From an uncultured virus (IMG/VR IMGVR_UViG_3300024343_000011) (Duplodnaviria; Heunggongvirae; Uroviricota; Caudoviricetes; Crassvirales), in IMG/VR virus record IMGVR_UViG_3300024343_000011: a stretch of 64,000 nt of DNA; one strand, 5' to 3'. This document shows positions 6,380 through 14,597 of the stretch, piece after piece (position 1 is the stretch's first letter; every line of letters starts with the position of its first letter). Under the pieces are notes generated by a model that saw only the letters and a list, made by a program, of their open reading frames with translations, had not been told where the DNA came from and did no database searches. The translations under genes and the position numbers were made by a program.

Positions 6380-6660
6380 TATGATGCGACCATGGGCGGG
6401 GTGTAATGGAAACTCTGAGCGTTTCCGCAGTTTCCGTGCGCTGAGTGGAGCGGGGCACGGGGTCGGGGCTCCGATGGGCACCGCACGGGGCACCCACCTA
6501 GGGCACGGGCGGGCGGTTAGGGTAGGCGCAAGCACCAACCCAAAAGGCCAAAAAATCGGGGCAAGGCCGACCCTCCGATACCCCATGGGGCAAAAAAGAT
6601 CGCTTTCCCCAGCGGCCGGGCCAACGCAATATGGGGGTATTACCCAAAACCTCAGCCCAT
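6380..6660. other. GC-rich non-coding region at the strand switch (candidate genome end/packaging region)
   Basis: G-run-rich with repeated GGGCAC/GCACGGG; lies between divergent gene blocks. Confidence 0.45.
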
Positions 6661-6736
6661 CTGGTACTCGTAGGTATTGTACCTATAGGTATAAATTGAT
6701 CTTAAAAATGTCAACCTTTAGGTTTAATTTTGCCGT

Positions 6737-6871
6737 ATGGCTATAGAAATATCATTACTTGTACCGGACGCGATCTTGCTTGGGATCGAGTACTTTGAGT
6801 CTAACTACCCCGGAGAGACAAACGAGATTGACATCAACTTACTTTTCTTTCGTATCACGATAATGTGGTAA
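6737..6871 (+). CDS. hypothetical protein (not in ORF track)
   Basis: MAIEISLLVPDAILLGIEYF...FRITIMW*, 44 aa, 4 nt after TAATTTTG. Confidence 0.6.
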   Translation: MAIEISLLVPDAILLGIEYFESNYPGETNEIDINLLFFRITIMW

Positions 6872-6887
6872 ACCCTATCTTTGCATT

Positions 6888-7070
6888 ATGAAGAAACCAC
6901 TAAACAATCCAATGCCACCACAGATGTCTGGTATCGCTAAAATGGCCGAGGCCAATTCACAGATGAGGCAGATGAATAAGACCATGATGATGGCAGAAGC
7001 CATGACAATGGCGAAGAGAATGAGCGACATGCCGATGCCGATGAAGGTGAAAGGCAGCTGCGGTAAGTAG
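6888..7070 (+). CDS. small Met/Lys-rich protein
   Basis: Preceded by TATCTTTG-N4, followed by a terminator. Confidence 0.6.
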   Translation: MKKPLNNPMPPQMSGIAKMAEANSQMRQMNKTMMMAEAMTMAKRMSDMPMPMKVKGSCGK

Positions 7071-7101
7071 TCAAAATCGACCACCTTAAGTAAGATCACC
7101 T

Positions 7102-7129
7102 AAAGGCACCCAAATCAGGGTGCTTTTTT
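7102..7129 (+). terminator. intrinsic terminator
   Basis: GCACCC-AAATCA-GGGTGC-TTTTTT. Confidence 0.7.
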
Positions 7130-7347
7130 GTGTCGCTTTTCGTGGATAAGTGTCGGTTTTGTGTTGACAAGTGTCGGTTCTACTTAAAGTGACACTGGAG
7201 GTGGCATGGGTTAACTCATTGATCTTTAATTTCTTATCTCTTTTGTGTCGTTTTTTCTCTGTTCAATACTAATAAAAAAAAAATATATATAGAATAGTAA
7301 ATTATATATATAGTAGTAGGAGACCCATAAATCGACATATCGACACA
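7129..7347. repeat. iteron-like GTGTCG repeats with AT-rich core (origin-like element A)
   Basis: Multiple GTGTCG, inverted CGACA(C/T)A, AAAAAAATATATATAGAATA core; homologous to 59852-60069. Confidence 0.65.
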
Positions 7348-7401
7348 AAGACATTTTAATGTCTTTCTATCGGCCTGATCAACATTTATTATCTTCGCAC
7401 A

Positions 7402-7980
7402 ATGGAACTAACTAGGGAGACCGTCATGGCCGCCTGCTATAAGCTGGGATATAGGTACTTTGAGAATGGAGTTTACAACATGAATGTAATTGGTGTCAAA
7501 AACTCAGCACCGGGGAAGAAGGTAACGAACATCTTCGACGACTGGATGACATTGTCTTACAAGGATGACAAGGGTGTGTGGCAGTTCCACAAGTGGGCAT
7601 GCACGACTGATCCGGGCACGAAGGCGGTAAAGCAGTTCCACAATGCGGGCGGTGTTGCTAGAGTCGTTCCGGGGCAGTACCCTGCCAGCCACTTTGTTGG
7701 TCTTCACCAGGGGAAGTACAAGGCACTTAAGCAGTGCGGGCCTGTAAAGGTATACAGGGACTCGAACAAGGACATGGTCTTCGACGAGACCAAGGTTGAC
7801 ACGGGGATCTTTGGTATCAACATCCACCACGCAGGCGCCGACTCGTCGGTGGTAGAGAACTGGTCTGAGGGATGTCAGGTATTTAAACGGATAAAGGACT
7901 TCAATGAGTTCATGCGGATCGTGCAGTTGGACAAGGGCGAGAAGTGGACATACACATTGATTGAGAGTAAAAATTTATAA
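7402..7980 (+). CDS. putative endolysin/peptidoglycan peptidase (L,D-transpeptidase-like)
   Basis: GINIHH...WSEGCQV His/Cys motif. Confidence 0.6.
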   Translation: MELTRETVMAACYKLGYRYFENGVYNMNVIGVKNSAPGKKVTNIFDDWMTLSYKDDKGVWQFHKWACTTDPGTKAVKQFHNAGGVARVVPGQYPASHFVGLHQGKYKALKQCGPVKVYRDSNKDMVFDETKVDTGIFGINIHHAGADSSVVENWSEGCQVFKRIKDFNEFMRIVQLDKGEKWTYTLIESKNL

Positions 7981-7993
7981 TTATATTTGTGAC

Positions 7994-8209
7994 ATGGCAA
8001 AAAGAGATTACCCACTAAGCCCGACACCAAAGACTGGAACGACTCCAGTTTACAGGATGGAGAGCAAGAGCAAGAGCTACCAAGACAGCATGACGGCATA
8101 CAACAAGGTAAAGGGCAAGTCATCTGGCGCTGACACGTTGAAGCCAAAGGGGCCCGCCAAGAAATACGTCAAGGACGTGCCCACTAGCAGCATCAAGGTC
8201 AAGAAATGA
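7994..8209 (+). CDS. small basic protein
   Basis: MAKRDYPLSPTP...; TATATTTG-N4-ATG. Confidence 0.6.
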   Translation: MAKRDYPLSPTPKTGTTPVYRMESKSKSYQDSMTAYNKVKGKSSGADTLKPKGPAKKYVKDVPTSSIKVKK

Positions 8210-8376
8210 AGGGGGTAAATCATTACAAGAAGGACGGCACGCTACACAGCTCTGGATCTCACAAGATGCCTGACGGGACGCTGCTATCTGGCAAAACACA
8301 CAGCAAGTCAAGTGTAAGATTATTCCACTTAAAGGAGCTGCCCGCCACTATTCAGAAAAAAATAAAACAGAAATAA
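8206..8376 (+). CDS. small basic protein, HKMPDG motif (not in ORF track)
   Basis: MKGVNHYKKDGTLHSSGSHKMPDGTLLSGKTH...; ATGA overlap. Confidence 0.6.
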   Translation: MKGVNHYKKDGTLHSSGSHKMPDGTLLSGKTHSKSSVRLFHLKELPATIQKKIKQK

Positions 8377-8394
8377 TCTTATCTTTGAATCACT

Positions 8395-8589
8395 ATGATG
8401 TACCCTAAAAACCCAGGAAAGCCTACAGGAATGAAGGTTTCTCCAAAAGACATGACTTCCGCAAAAGCGAAGTTTGCAAAAATGAAAGAAAACAGCCCTA
8501 AAAAGGTATCTATTACGGCAGAGAGCATGTCTCCAAGAGAGATGAAGAAAGTCAATAAGAGCATGACCAAGATGGTCAAGAAGAAATAA
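8395..8589 (+). CDS. small Lys/Met-rich protein
   Basis: 64-aa ORF after a promoter box. Confidence 0.55.
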   Translation: MMYPKNPGKPTGMKVSPKDMTSAKAKFAKMKENSPKKVSITAESMSPREMKKVNKSMTKMVKKK

Positions 8590-8709
8590 ATGAAAGCCCC
8601 AATAAAGAAGTCAACGAAATCAAAATCCTTCCCCGACATGAACAAGGACGGCAAGGTAACCAAGAAAGACATCCTGATCGCTAAGGGTGTAATCACCAAG
8701 AAGAAATAA
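8590..8709 (+). CDS. small basic protein with EF-hand-like DMNKDGKVTKKD (not in ORF track)
   Basis: 39 aa, followed by a terminator. Confidence 0.55.
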   Translation: MKAPIKKSTKSKSFPDMNKDGKVTKKDILIAKGVITKKK

Positions 8710-8730
8710 ATTTTACGACAATTTGACAGA

Positions 8731-8754
8731 AAGGGGCTAATAGGCCCCTTTTTT
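8731..8754 (+). terminator. intrinsic terminator
   Basis: AAGGGGCT-AATA-GGCCCCTT-TTTT. Confidence 0.75.
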
Positions 8755-8784
8755 GTATTATATTCGCATCAAATTAAATCAAAT

Positions 8785-10356
8785 ATGATCGTAAAACAAG
8801 TAGACTTCGGCATCGAAGCAAGGGAGAAATTAGTATCTGGAATAGATATTATCGCAAATGCTGTTAAAAGCACGCTAGGCGCTAGGGGCCAGACAGTCTT
8901 AATTGAATCAGACCAGCACACTCATGGCTTGGCGATTACAAAAGACGGGGTCACGGTCGCAAGATCTATCTATTTAGAGGACGCTACCCAAAACTTAGCC
9001 GTTATGATGGTAAAAGAGGCATCCGAGAAGACGGCAACAGCTGCAGGCGACGGAACGACAACTTCTATCGTACTAACCCAAGGGTTAATCCATGGCTCGC
9101 AGCAGTTCATGAAGGCCGAGGACAACCCAACAAAGGTGCTGAGAGAGGTAAAAGAGCTAGCACTGTCAGTTGCGCAGGCATTGGACAGCATGGCTATCCC
9201 CGTTACAGACGATTCTATGGCCTCTGTAGCCACGATCTCCGCAAACAATGACCCAGAGCTAGGGCAGATCATCTCAGACGCTTACAGCATGGTCGGAAAA
9301 GACGGTGTGGTGACCGTTGAGACGTCTCAAAGCTCAAAGACTTACTCTGAGGTGGTATCTGGCATGAAGCTGGGCCGCGGATGGATGTCAAAGTACTTCG
9401 TGACTGACCAGAAGAAGGGCGAGGCGATCCTAGAGGACTGCTACATCTTAATCTCAGACCAGGAGATTACTTCATTGAACAATATCGAGCACCTGCTGGC
9501 ACCGGTTGTGCAGAGCGGTAAGAGCATACTAATTATCGCCGAGATGTCGGAGAACGCACTGAACTCTCTTAACCTTAACAGGCTGAAGGGTGTGATCAGG
9601 GCATGCGCTATCGTTCCACCGAGCTTCGGTCACATGAGATCCGAGATCATGGAGGACATCGCTGCGGCTACCGGGGCACGATTCATCTCTGACGGAACCG
9701 GAGACAATCTGTCTCTGGTCTCGTTTACTGATTTAGGCCATGCCCAGAAGGTGGTGGTCGGAAAGGAGTCGACGATTATCATCACCGACAACGATCTATC
9801 AGAAGAACTTGCTTCTAGAATCGAGGGCATCCGCAATAACCTTGCAGAGGCTACCAACGAGGGTGTGAAGAAGTTCTTGGAGGAGAGGCTCGCTAACCTT
9901 GCGGGCGGCGTTGGCGTTATCTACGTCGGAGCGCAGAGCGATGTCGAGATGAAGGAGAAGAGGGACCGTGTAGAGGACGCAGTGTACGCGACCAAGGCGG
10001 CGATGGAGGGAGGCATTCTTCCTGGCGGTGGTATTGCACTGCTTAACATAGCCGGCGAGATCTGCGGATGCTCTACAGCTAAGAGCATTATCAAGTACGC
10101 ACTGCAGCAGCCATTCAACGTGATCCTAGAGAACGGCGGCTATGACCCGAACGAGGTAAAGGGGGACATTGCCCTAAACTATCAAAATAGTTTCGGGTAT
10201 GGATTCGACGTGAAAGAGGGTGTTGTAGGGAATATGATCGAAATGGGAATCATCGACCCATTAAAGGTTACCAAGAGCGCATTGGAGAACGCTGTCAGCG
10301 TTGCAACGACGATCTTGAGCACCAACTGTATCATCACTAACGTAAGAGCAAAATGA
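8785..10356 (+). CDS. groEL: chaperonin GroEL (phage-encoded)
   Basis: VKSTLG, ITKDGVTVA, AGDGTTT, ERLANLAGG, RVEDA, GIIDPLKV motifs; no GGM tail. Confidence 0.97.
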   Translation: MIVKQVDFGIEAREKLVSGIDIIANAVKSTLGARGQTVLIESDQHTHGLAITKDGVTVARSIYLEDATQNLAVMMVKEASEKTATAAGDGTTTSIVLTQGLIHGSQQFMKAEDNPTKVLREVKELALSVAQALDSMAIPVTDDSMASVATISANNDPELGQIISDAYSMVGKDGVVTVETSQSSKTYSEVVSGMKLGRGWMSKYFVTDQKKGEAILEDCYILISDQEITSLNNIEHLLAPVVQSGKSILIIAEMSENALNSLNLNRLKGVIRACAIVPPSFGHMRSEIMEDIAAATGARFISDGTGDNLSLVSFTDLGHAQKVVVGKESTIIITDNDLSEELASRIEGIRNNLAEATNEGVKKFLEERLANLAGGVGVIYVGAQSDVEMKEKRDRVEDAVYATKAAMEGGILPGGGIALLNIAGEICGCSTAKSIIKYALQQPFNVILENGGYDPNEVKGDIALNYQNSFGYGFDVKEGVVGNMIEMGIIDPLKVTKSALENAVSVATTILSTNCIITNVRAK

Positions 10357-10616
10357 GAGCTATAGGAAAGTACATCGTGATTGATCCGATATTTGAGGAG
10401 ACCAAGTCTCAGTCAGGTCTGATCATGACAAATGACGATGAGAACGAGCTCAGGTACGGCAAGGCACACGTAGTACACGTGGGCGGGGATGTTGTATCTG
10501 ACATCGCTAGTGAGTCAATCGTATACTACGATAGACGCGCTGGCCACGGCGTTAGAATTCAGAGTCGTCAGTATCATATAATACTTGAGCGGGACGTTGT
10601 TCTCGTTCTAGATTGA
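10353..10616 (+). CDS. groES: co-chaperonin GroES
   Basis: EETKSQSGLIM mobile loop, VVHVG, ILERDV; coupled to groEL. Confidence 0.85.
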   Translation: MRAIGKYIVIDPIFEETKSQSGLIMTNDDENELRYGKAHVVHVGGDVVSDIASESIVYYDRRAGHGVRIQSRQYHIILERDVVLVLD

Positions 10617-11019
10617 TCCTCTTCATGAATATGGAGTGGTACTTCTGCGTGTAATTTTCTCTCTTGTGGACCGGGTTCTCGGCAGGATCGTCTGAGAAAC
10701 TGGTCTGCTCTAGTACCAGATCAAACAATTCCTTCATTATCTTGTCTGTCTTGACAGAGCACTGGTAGATAACGCCGAGCTTACGGGAGGAGTCCTTGTG
10801 AAACTTAATAAATCCGCGAGACTTCATGTCGGCGAATAACCTTGCCTGCCACTTCATGGTGCAGGCGAAGTCGTACAGCACTCTGAGGCGGAAGGTCCGT
10901 GTCCCGTGGATGAAGATCAGGATATCGACCTGCGTAGAGGATAGGTCATACTTCTCCATGTAAAGTCTTTTAATAATCGGCAGGTACCTGACGTACCGGG
11001 CCATTTCAATTGAGTCCAT
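10552..11019 (-). CDS. putative winged-helix (MarR-like) regulator
   Basis: YDLSSTQVDILIFI...MKSRGFI...YQCS; lone antisense gene with its own TAAATTTG box. Confidence 0.5.
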   Translation of the reverse strand: MDSIEMARYVRYLPIIKRLYMEKYDLSSTQVDILIFIHGTRTFRLRVLYDFACTMKWQARLFADMKSRGFIKFHKDSSRKLGVIYQCSVKTDKIMKELFDLVLEQTSFSDDPAENPVHKRENYTQKYHSIFMKRINLEREQRPAQVLYDTDDSEF

Positions 11020-11081
11020 TTGAGTTTAAATTAGTTCACAATTATTTTAATTGTGAAACAAATTTAACCTATTTTTGTTAC

Positions 11082-11255
11082 ATGGACAAGCAAAAGGGAT
11101 TGGGCGACACTGTAGCCGCCATTACAAAGGCCACCGGGATCGAGATGCTGGTAAAGAGCATCTTCGGGGAAAATTGCGGCTGCGACGCGAGGCAGGAGAA
11201 GCTTAATGAACTATTTCCGTATTCGACATCTTCTAAAGAAGATGAGAAGAAGTAG
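11082..11255 (+). CDS. conserved small phage protein
   Basis: KGLGDTVAAITKATGI...CGCDARQEKLNELFPY. Confidence 0.7.
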   Translation: MDKQKGLGDTVAAITKATGIEMLVKSIFGENCGCDARQEKLNELFPYSTSSKEDEKK

Positions 11256-11295
11256 ATTACACGACTTTGTCGTATAATATCGTTATATTTGCAAT

Positions 11296-11655
11296 ATGGC
11301 AATTTTACAACAGCAGCACGCACACGGGTGCTTGATATATCCGTCCGATACCGAGACATTACAGCAGGACCTGAACACTAGCAATAGGGATACCTGCCTA
11401 TACGTTGGTATTGGTGGAGATGTTCGAGTCCTTACCGCTGGCGGAGACGATGTGACGTTTGCCTCGTTACCATCTGGGACATTCGTCCCGGTTCACGTGA
11501 CAAAGGTGTTCTTGACCGGAACGACCGCTAGCAGTATCCTTGCCGTAGACATGGGCCCAGGATCTGGGGCGAACTGCTACTCTACAGACGTGTGGCAGGA
11601 CATCAATATCCTCTGGCAGGACTTTGACACTTTCTGGAACAGCTGTAATAAATAA
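11296..11655 (+). CDS. head-spike base-like protein, paralog 1
   Basis: PSDT...LYVGIGGDV...PVHVTKVFLTGTTA resembles RcGTA Rcc01079 (from memory); paralog of 14090-14347. Confidence 0.55.
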   Translation: MAILQQQHAHGCLIYPSDTETLQQDLNTSNRDTCLYVGIGGDVRVLTAGGDDVTFASLPSGTFVPVHVTKVFLTGTTASSILAVDMGPGSGANCYSTDVWQDINILWQDFDTFWNSCNK

Positions 11656-11706
11656 TACACAACTCTATCATGTGACTTTGTCACATAATATTCTTATCTT
11701 TGCAAT

Positions 11707-13506
11707 ATGGGATCAACCTTATTTAATACCACCCCTCAGAACACGTACCCCTCGCTGATAAAAATTGGCGACAACCTACCACTGAGCGGTACACTAAAGC
11801 GCCTGTCAGACGGCAATGGCAATGACCTGCCTCTGCTGGTATCTACCACAGCATTGACCAACTATGGTGCAGGTGGTGTCGCTACCAACACTGCATTTGG
11901 TGCGGCTGCCTTGGACTCAAACACAACTGGATCTAATAACGTAGCACTTGGACTGAACGCATTAACTGCTAACGTGAGTGGCACTACCAACACAGCGATT
12001 GGCTCACTTGCACTTGAAAACAACACCAATAGCAATAACACCGCATTGGGTTATAGGTCGCTTAGAGCCAACACAAGCGGAAGTTTGAACACCGCAGTAG
12101 GTGTAGATTCTTTGTTTACAAATACAACGGGTACTGATAATACCGCCATTGGTTATCAATCGTTAAATAACAATACGTCGGGATTAAGAAACGCAGCATT
12201 TGGTAATTATGCTCAATACTCAAAAACTACGGGTAATGATAATACTGCTATTGGCTATAATAGTTCTGCTTATTTGTCAACGGGTGGAAATAATACTTCG
12301 TTAGGTTCAGATTCTTTATATAGTGTGGGTGCTGCTTCAAATAACGTAGCATTAGGAAAATCCGCCTTATTCAACAACACCGCCTCCAACAACACCGCCG
12401 TAGGTTTTGAGGCGGGGTATAGTAATACGTCAAATACATCGATAACTGCAATTGGTTATCAAGCGTTACGTTTAAATAATGGGGGAGGAAGTAATACAGC
12501 AATGGGTTTTCAATCTTTAACTTCTAACACAACAGGAGGTAATAATACTGCTGTTGGTAATTCATCTTTGCTATTTAATACATCTGGTGACGTAAATACT
12601 GCTGTTGGTTCTGTTGCGTTACGTGATAATTCAACGGGAACAGATAACGTGGCTATCGGTTTTCAAGCATTAGTACAAAATAGTACGGGAAGTAATAATG
12701 TGGGTTTGGGTAATCAAGCGTTACTTGGAAACTTTACGGGTAATAATAATACCGCAGTTGGAAAAAGTGCTTTACAATCCAACACCGCCTCCAACAACAC
12801 CGCCGTAGGTTTTGAAGCGGGGTTGAGTAATACGAGTGGAACGGAAATCACCGCCGTTGGTTTTCAATCGTTGCGATTAAGTACGAGTGCGGGTAATACC
12901 GCTTTGGGTTACATAAGTGGTTTTCAAAATTCAACGGGTGCGAATAATACTTTTTTGGGTGGAAGCGTTGCAATAAGCAATACAACGGGTTCAAGTAATG
13001 TTGCAGTAGGTCAAGCAAGTTTGTTGAGTAATGTTAGTGGTTCAAATAACGTATCAATAGGTCGTGATTCATTACGTTCCAACACCGCCTCCAACAACAC
13101 CGCCGTAGGTTACGAGGCGGGGTATAGTAATACGAGTGGAACGAATGTAACTGCTATGGGTTATCAAGCGTTGAAAGCGAGTACGGGTAGTAGTAATACC
13201 GCCGTAGGTTTTTCAGCAATGGTTTCAAATACAACGGGAGTAGGTAATACCGCTATTGGTGATTCTACAATGTCGGGAAGTACAACGGGGAATTATAATG
13301 TATGTATCGGTGGAGGTCAAACTAATAATAACAATCAACAAGTATCAATGATTGGCGTAAATGATACCGCAACAGGAAACAATCAAATGCGTTTTGGTTC
13401 ATCTGCGTTTCCAAATGGTGCAGTTACCACCGAAGTAGTCGTATCGGACAAAACGTGGTCTGTGTTTATTAACGGCACTGCATACAAAATTTTACTTAAG
13501 GCATAA
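11707..13506 (+). CDS. fibre/adhesin with ~14-aa NTAxGxxAL repeats
   Basis: Tandem NTA(V/I/L)G repeats, YadA-head-like beta-roll. Confidence 0.8.
   Translation: MGSTLFNTTPQNTYPSLIKIGDNLPLSGTLKRLSDGNGNDLPLLVSTTALTNYGAGGVATNTAFGAAALDSNTTGSNNVALGLNALTANVSGTTNTAIGSLALENNTNSNNTALGYRSLRANTSGSLNTAVGVDSLFTNTTGTDNTAIGYQSLNNNTSGLRNAAFGNYAQYSKTTGNDNTAIGYNSSAYLSTGGNNTSLGSDSLYSVGAASNNVALGKSALFNNTASNNTAVGFEAGYSNTSNTSITAIGYQALRLNNGGGSNTAMGFQSLTSNTTGGNNTAVGNSSLLFNTSGDVNTAVGSVALRDNSTGTDNVAIGFQALVQNSTGSNNVGLGNQALLGNFTGNNNTAVGKSALQSNTASNNTAVGFEAGLSNTSGTEITAVGFQSLRLSTSAGNTALGYISGFQNSTGANNTFLGGSVAISNTTGSSNVAVGQASLLSNVSGSNNVSIGRDSLRSNTASNNTAVGYEAGYSNTSGTNVTAMGYQALKASTGSSNTAVGFSAMVSNTTGVGNTAIGDSTMSGSTTGNYNVCIGGGQTNNNNQQVSMIGVNDTATGNNQMRFGSSAFPNGAVTTEVVVSDKTWSVFINGTAYKILLKA
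12376..13111 (+). repeat. three identical 31-nt direct repeats
   Basis: AACACCGCCTCCAACAACACCGCCGTAGGTT at 12376, 12781 and 13081. Confidence 0.9.
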
Positions 13507-13525
13507 AAATAACTAAATTCGCAAT

Positions 13526-13861
13526 ATGACAACATACACTTGGAACGTAACCGCCCTGTATACCGAAACGGTAGATGGTGAGCAAAATTATGTAGTAATC
13601 GCTAACTATGAGGTAACAGGAGTTGATGGTGAGTACACCGCCTCCCTTTCAAACATCGCAAGGTTCTCGACAGAGAGCGTTAGCCCTTTCGTGCCTTACG
13701 AGGACTTAACCAATGAAATAGTCATTGCTTGGATTCAAGACGAATTGGGCGTTGACGGAGTATCTAACTTAGAGGCTTGTATTCAAGGACAGATTGATTC
13801 TCAAATCAACCCTCCCGTTACACCGCAGAACACACCATTGCCGTGGTCAGTAGCAGAATAA
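13526..13861 (+). CDS. fibre-associated protein
   Basis: TYTWNV...FVPYEDLTNEIVIAWIQ...LPW pattern; follows the fibre gene. Confidence 0.6.
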   Translation: MTTYTWNVTALYTETVDGEQNYVVIANYEVTGVDGEYTASLSNIARFSTESVSPFVPYEDLTNEIVIAWIQDELGVDGVSNLEACIQGQIDSQINPPVTPQNTPLPWSVAE

Positions 13862-13862
13862 T

Positions 13863-14021
13863 ATGGACATCAAAACATCAAATCAAATCATTGCGGAAGC
13901 ATTGAACATCGCCATTGCAAAAGGTTGCTTTGGACTGGTGGAAGTAAGTAACATCGTAAAGGCACTTGAGGTGATCAACAATATGCCAGACATTGAGTTT
14001 GGCGAGGTCACTGAAGAGTAA
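13863..14021 (+). CDS. small fibre-associated protein (not in ORF track)
   Basis: MDIKTSNQIIAEALNIAIAKGCFGL..., 52 aa. Confidence 0.55.
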   Translation: MDIKTSNQIIAEALNIAIAKGCFGLVEVSNIVKALEVINNMPDIEFGEVTEE

Positions 14022-14042
14022 TCGCATCACTAAAAATTTAAA

Positions 14043-14074
14043 AGGATACCACTCCCACAAGGACTGGTATTTTT
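14043..14074 (+). terminator. probable terminator
   Basis: ATACCA...TGGTAT followed by a T run. Confidence 0.45.
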
Positions 14075-14089
14075 GTTTATCTTTGTAGT

Positions 14090-14347
14090 ATGTACTTAAA
14101 ATTACAATCGGGCAGAGCGGCAGCGGTCAGCCCATCAGATACCGTAGACATCCCATCGGTTACCGGTGGAACTAGCAACAACGGATGCGTGTTGTACATT
14201 GGCGGCTTTGGAGACCTAAAGGTCGAGACCGTCGGCGGTGATCTTATTACATTCGTAGGTGTCAACGGAGGTTCATTCTTCCCGGTACAGGTGACAAGGG
14301 TTTACTCTACGGGCACAACAGCAACTGGCATTATAGCTCTCTGGTAA
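14090..14347 (+). CDS. head-spike base-like protein, paralog 2
   Basis: VSPSDT...LYIGG...PVQVTRVYSTGTTATGIIALW. Confidence 0.6.
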   Translation: MYLKLQSGRAAAVSPSDTVDIPSVTGGTSNNGCVLYIGGFGDLKVETVGGDLITFVGVNGGSFFPVQVTRVYSTGTTATGIIALW

Positions 14348-14348
14348 G

Positions 14349-14597
14349 ATGCAAATAAGCATATCCAACGTCATCGGATCAATGTACCCTCGTTACAACG
14401 GGGCTGACTACATTATGAACCTTTACGTGGACAGGGTAACAGCGGCTGGCGGTTACTTAGAGGCTGTAGGGTGCGCCAAGAACAAATTATCAGGGTACAA
14501 CTTATCATCACAATACTCAACACGTGTTACAGCCTCTGGGGGTTACCAGGAAGCATCAGCATGCGCAACACGGGGAATACAGCAACTTTCGTTGTAA
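14349..14597 (+). CDS. small structural protein with an internal repeat
   Basis: RVTAAGGYLEA..C / RVTASGGYQEA..C. Confidence 0.6.
   Translation: MQISISNVIGSMYPRYNGADYIMNLYVDRVTAAGGYLEAVGCAKNKLSGYNLSSQYSTRVTASGGYQEASACATRGIQQLSL

Noticed and set aside
6303..6746. ORF-track proteins in the GC-rich switch region
   Set aside because: Pro/Arg/Gly-rich translations of compositionally atypical DNA; likely non-coding.
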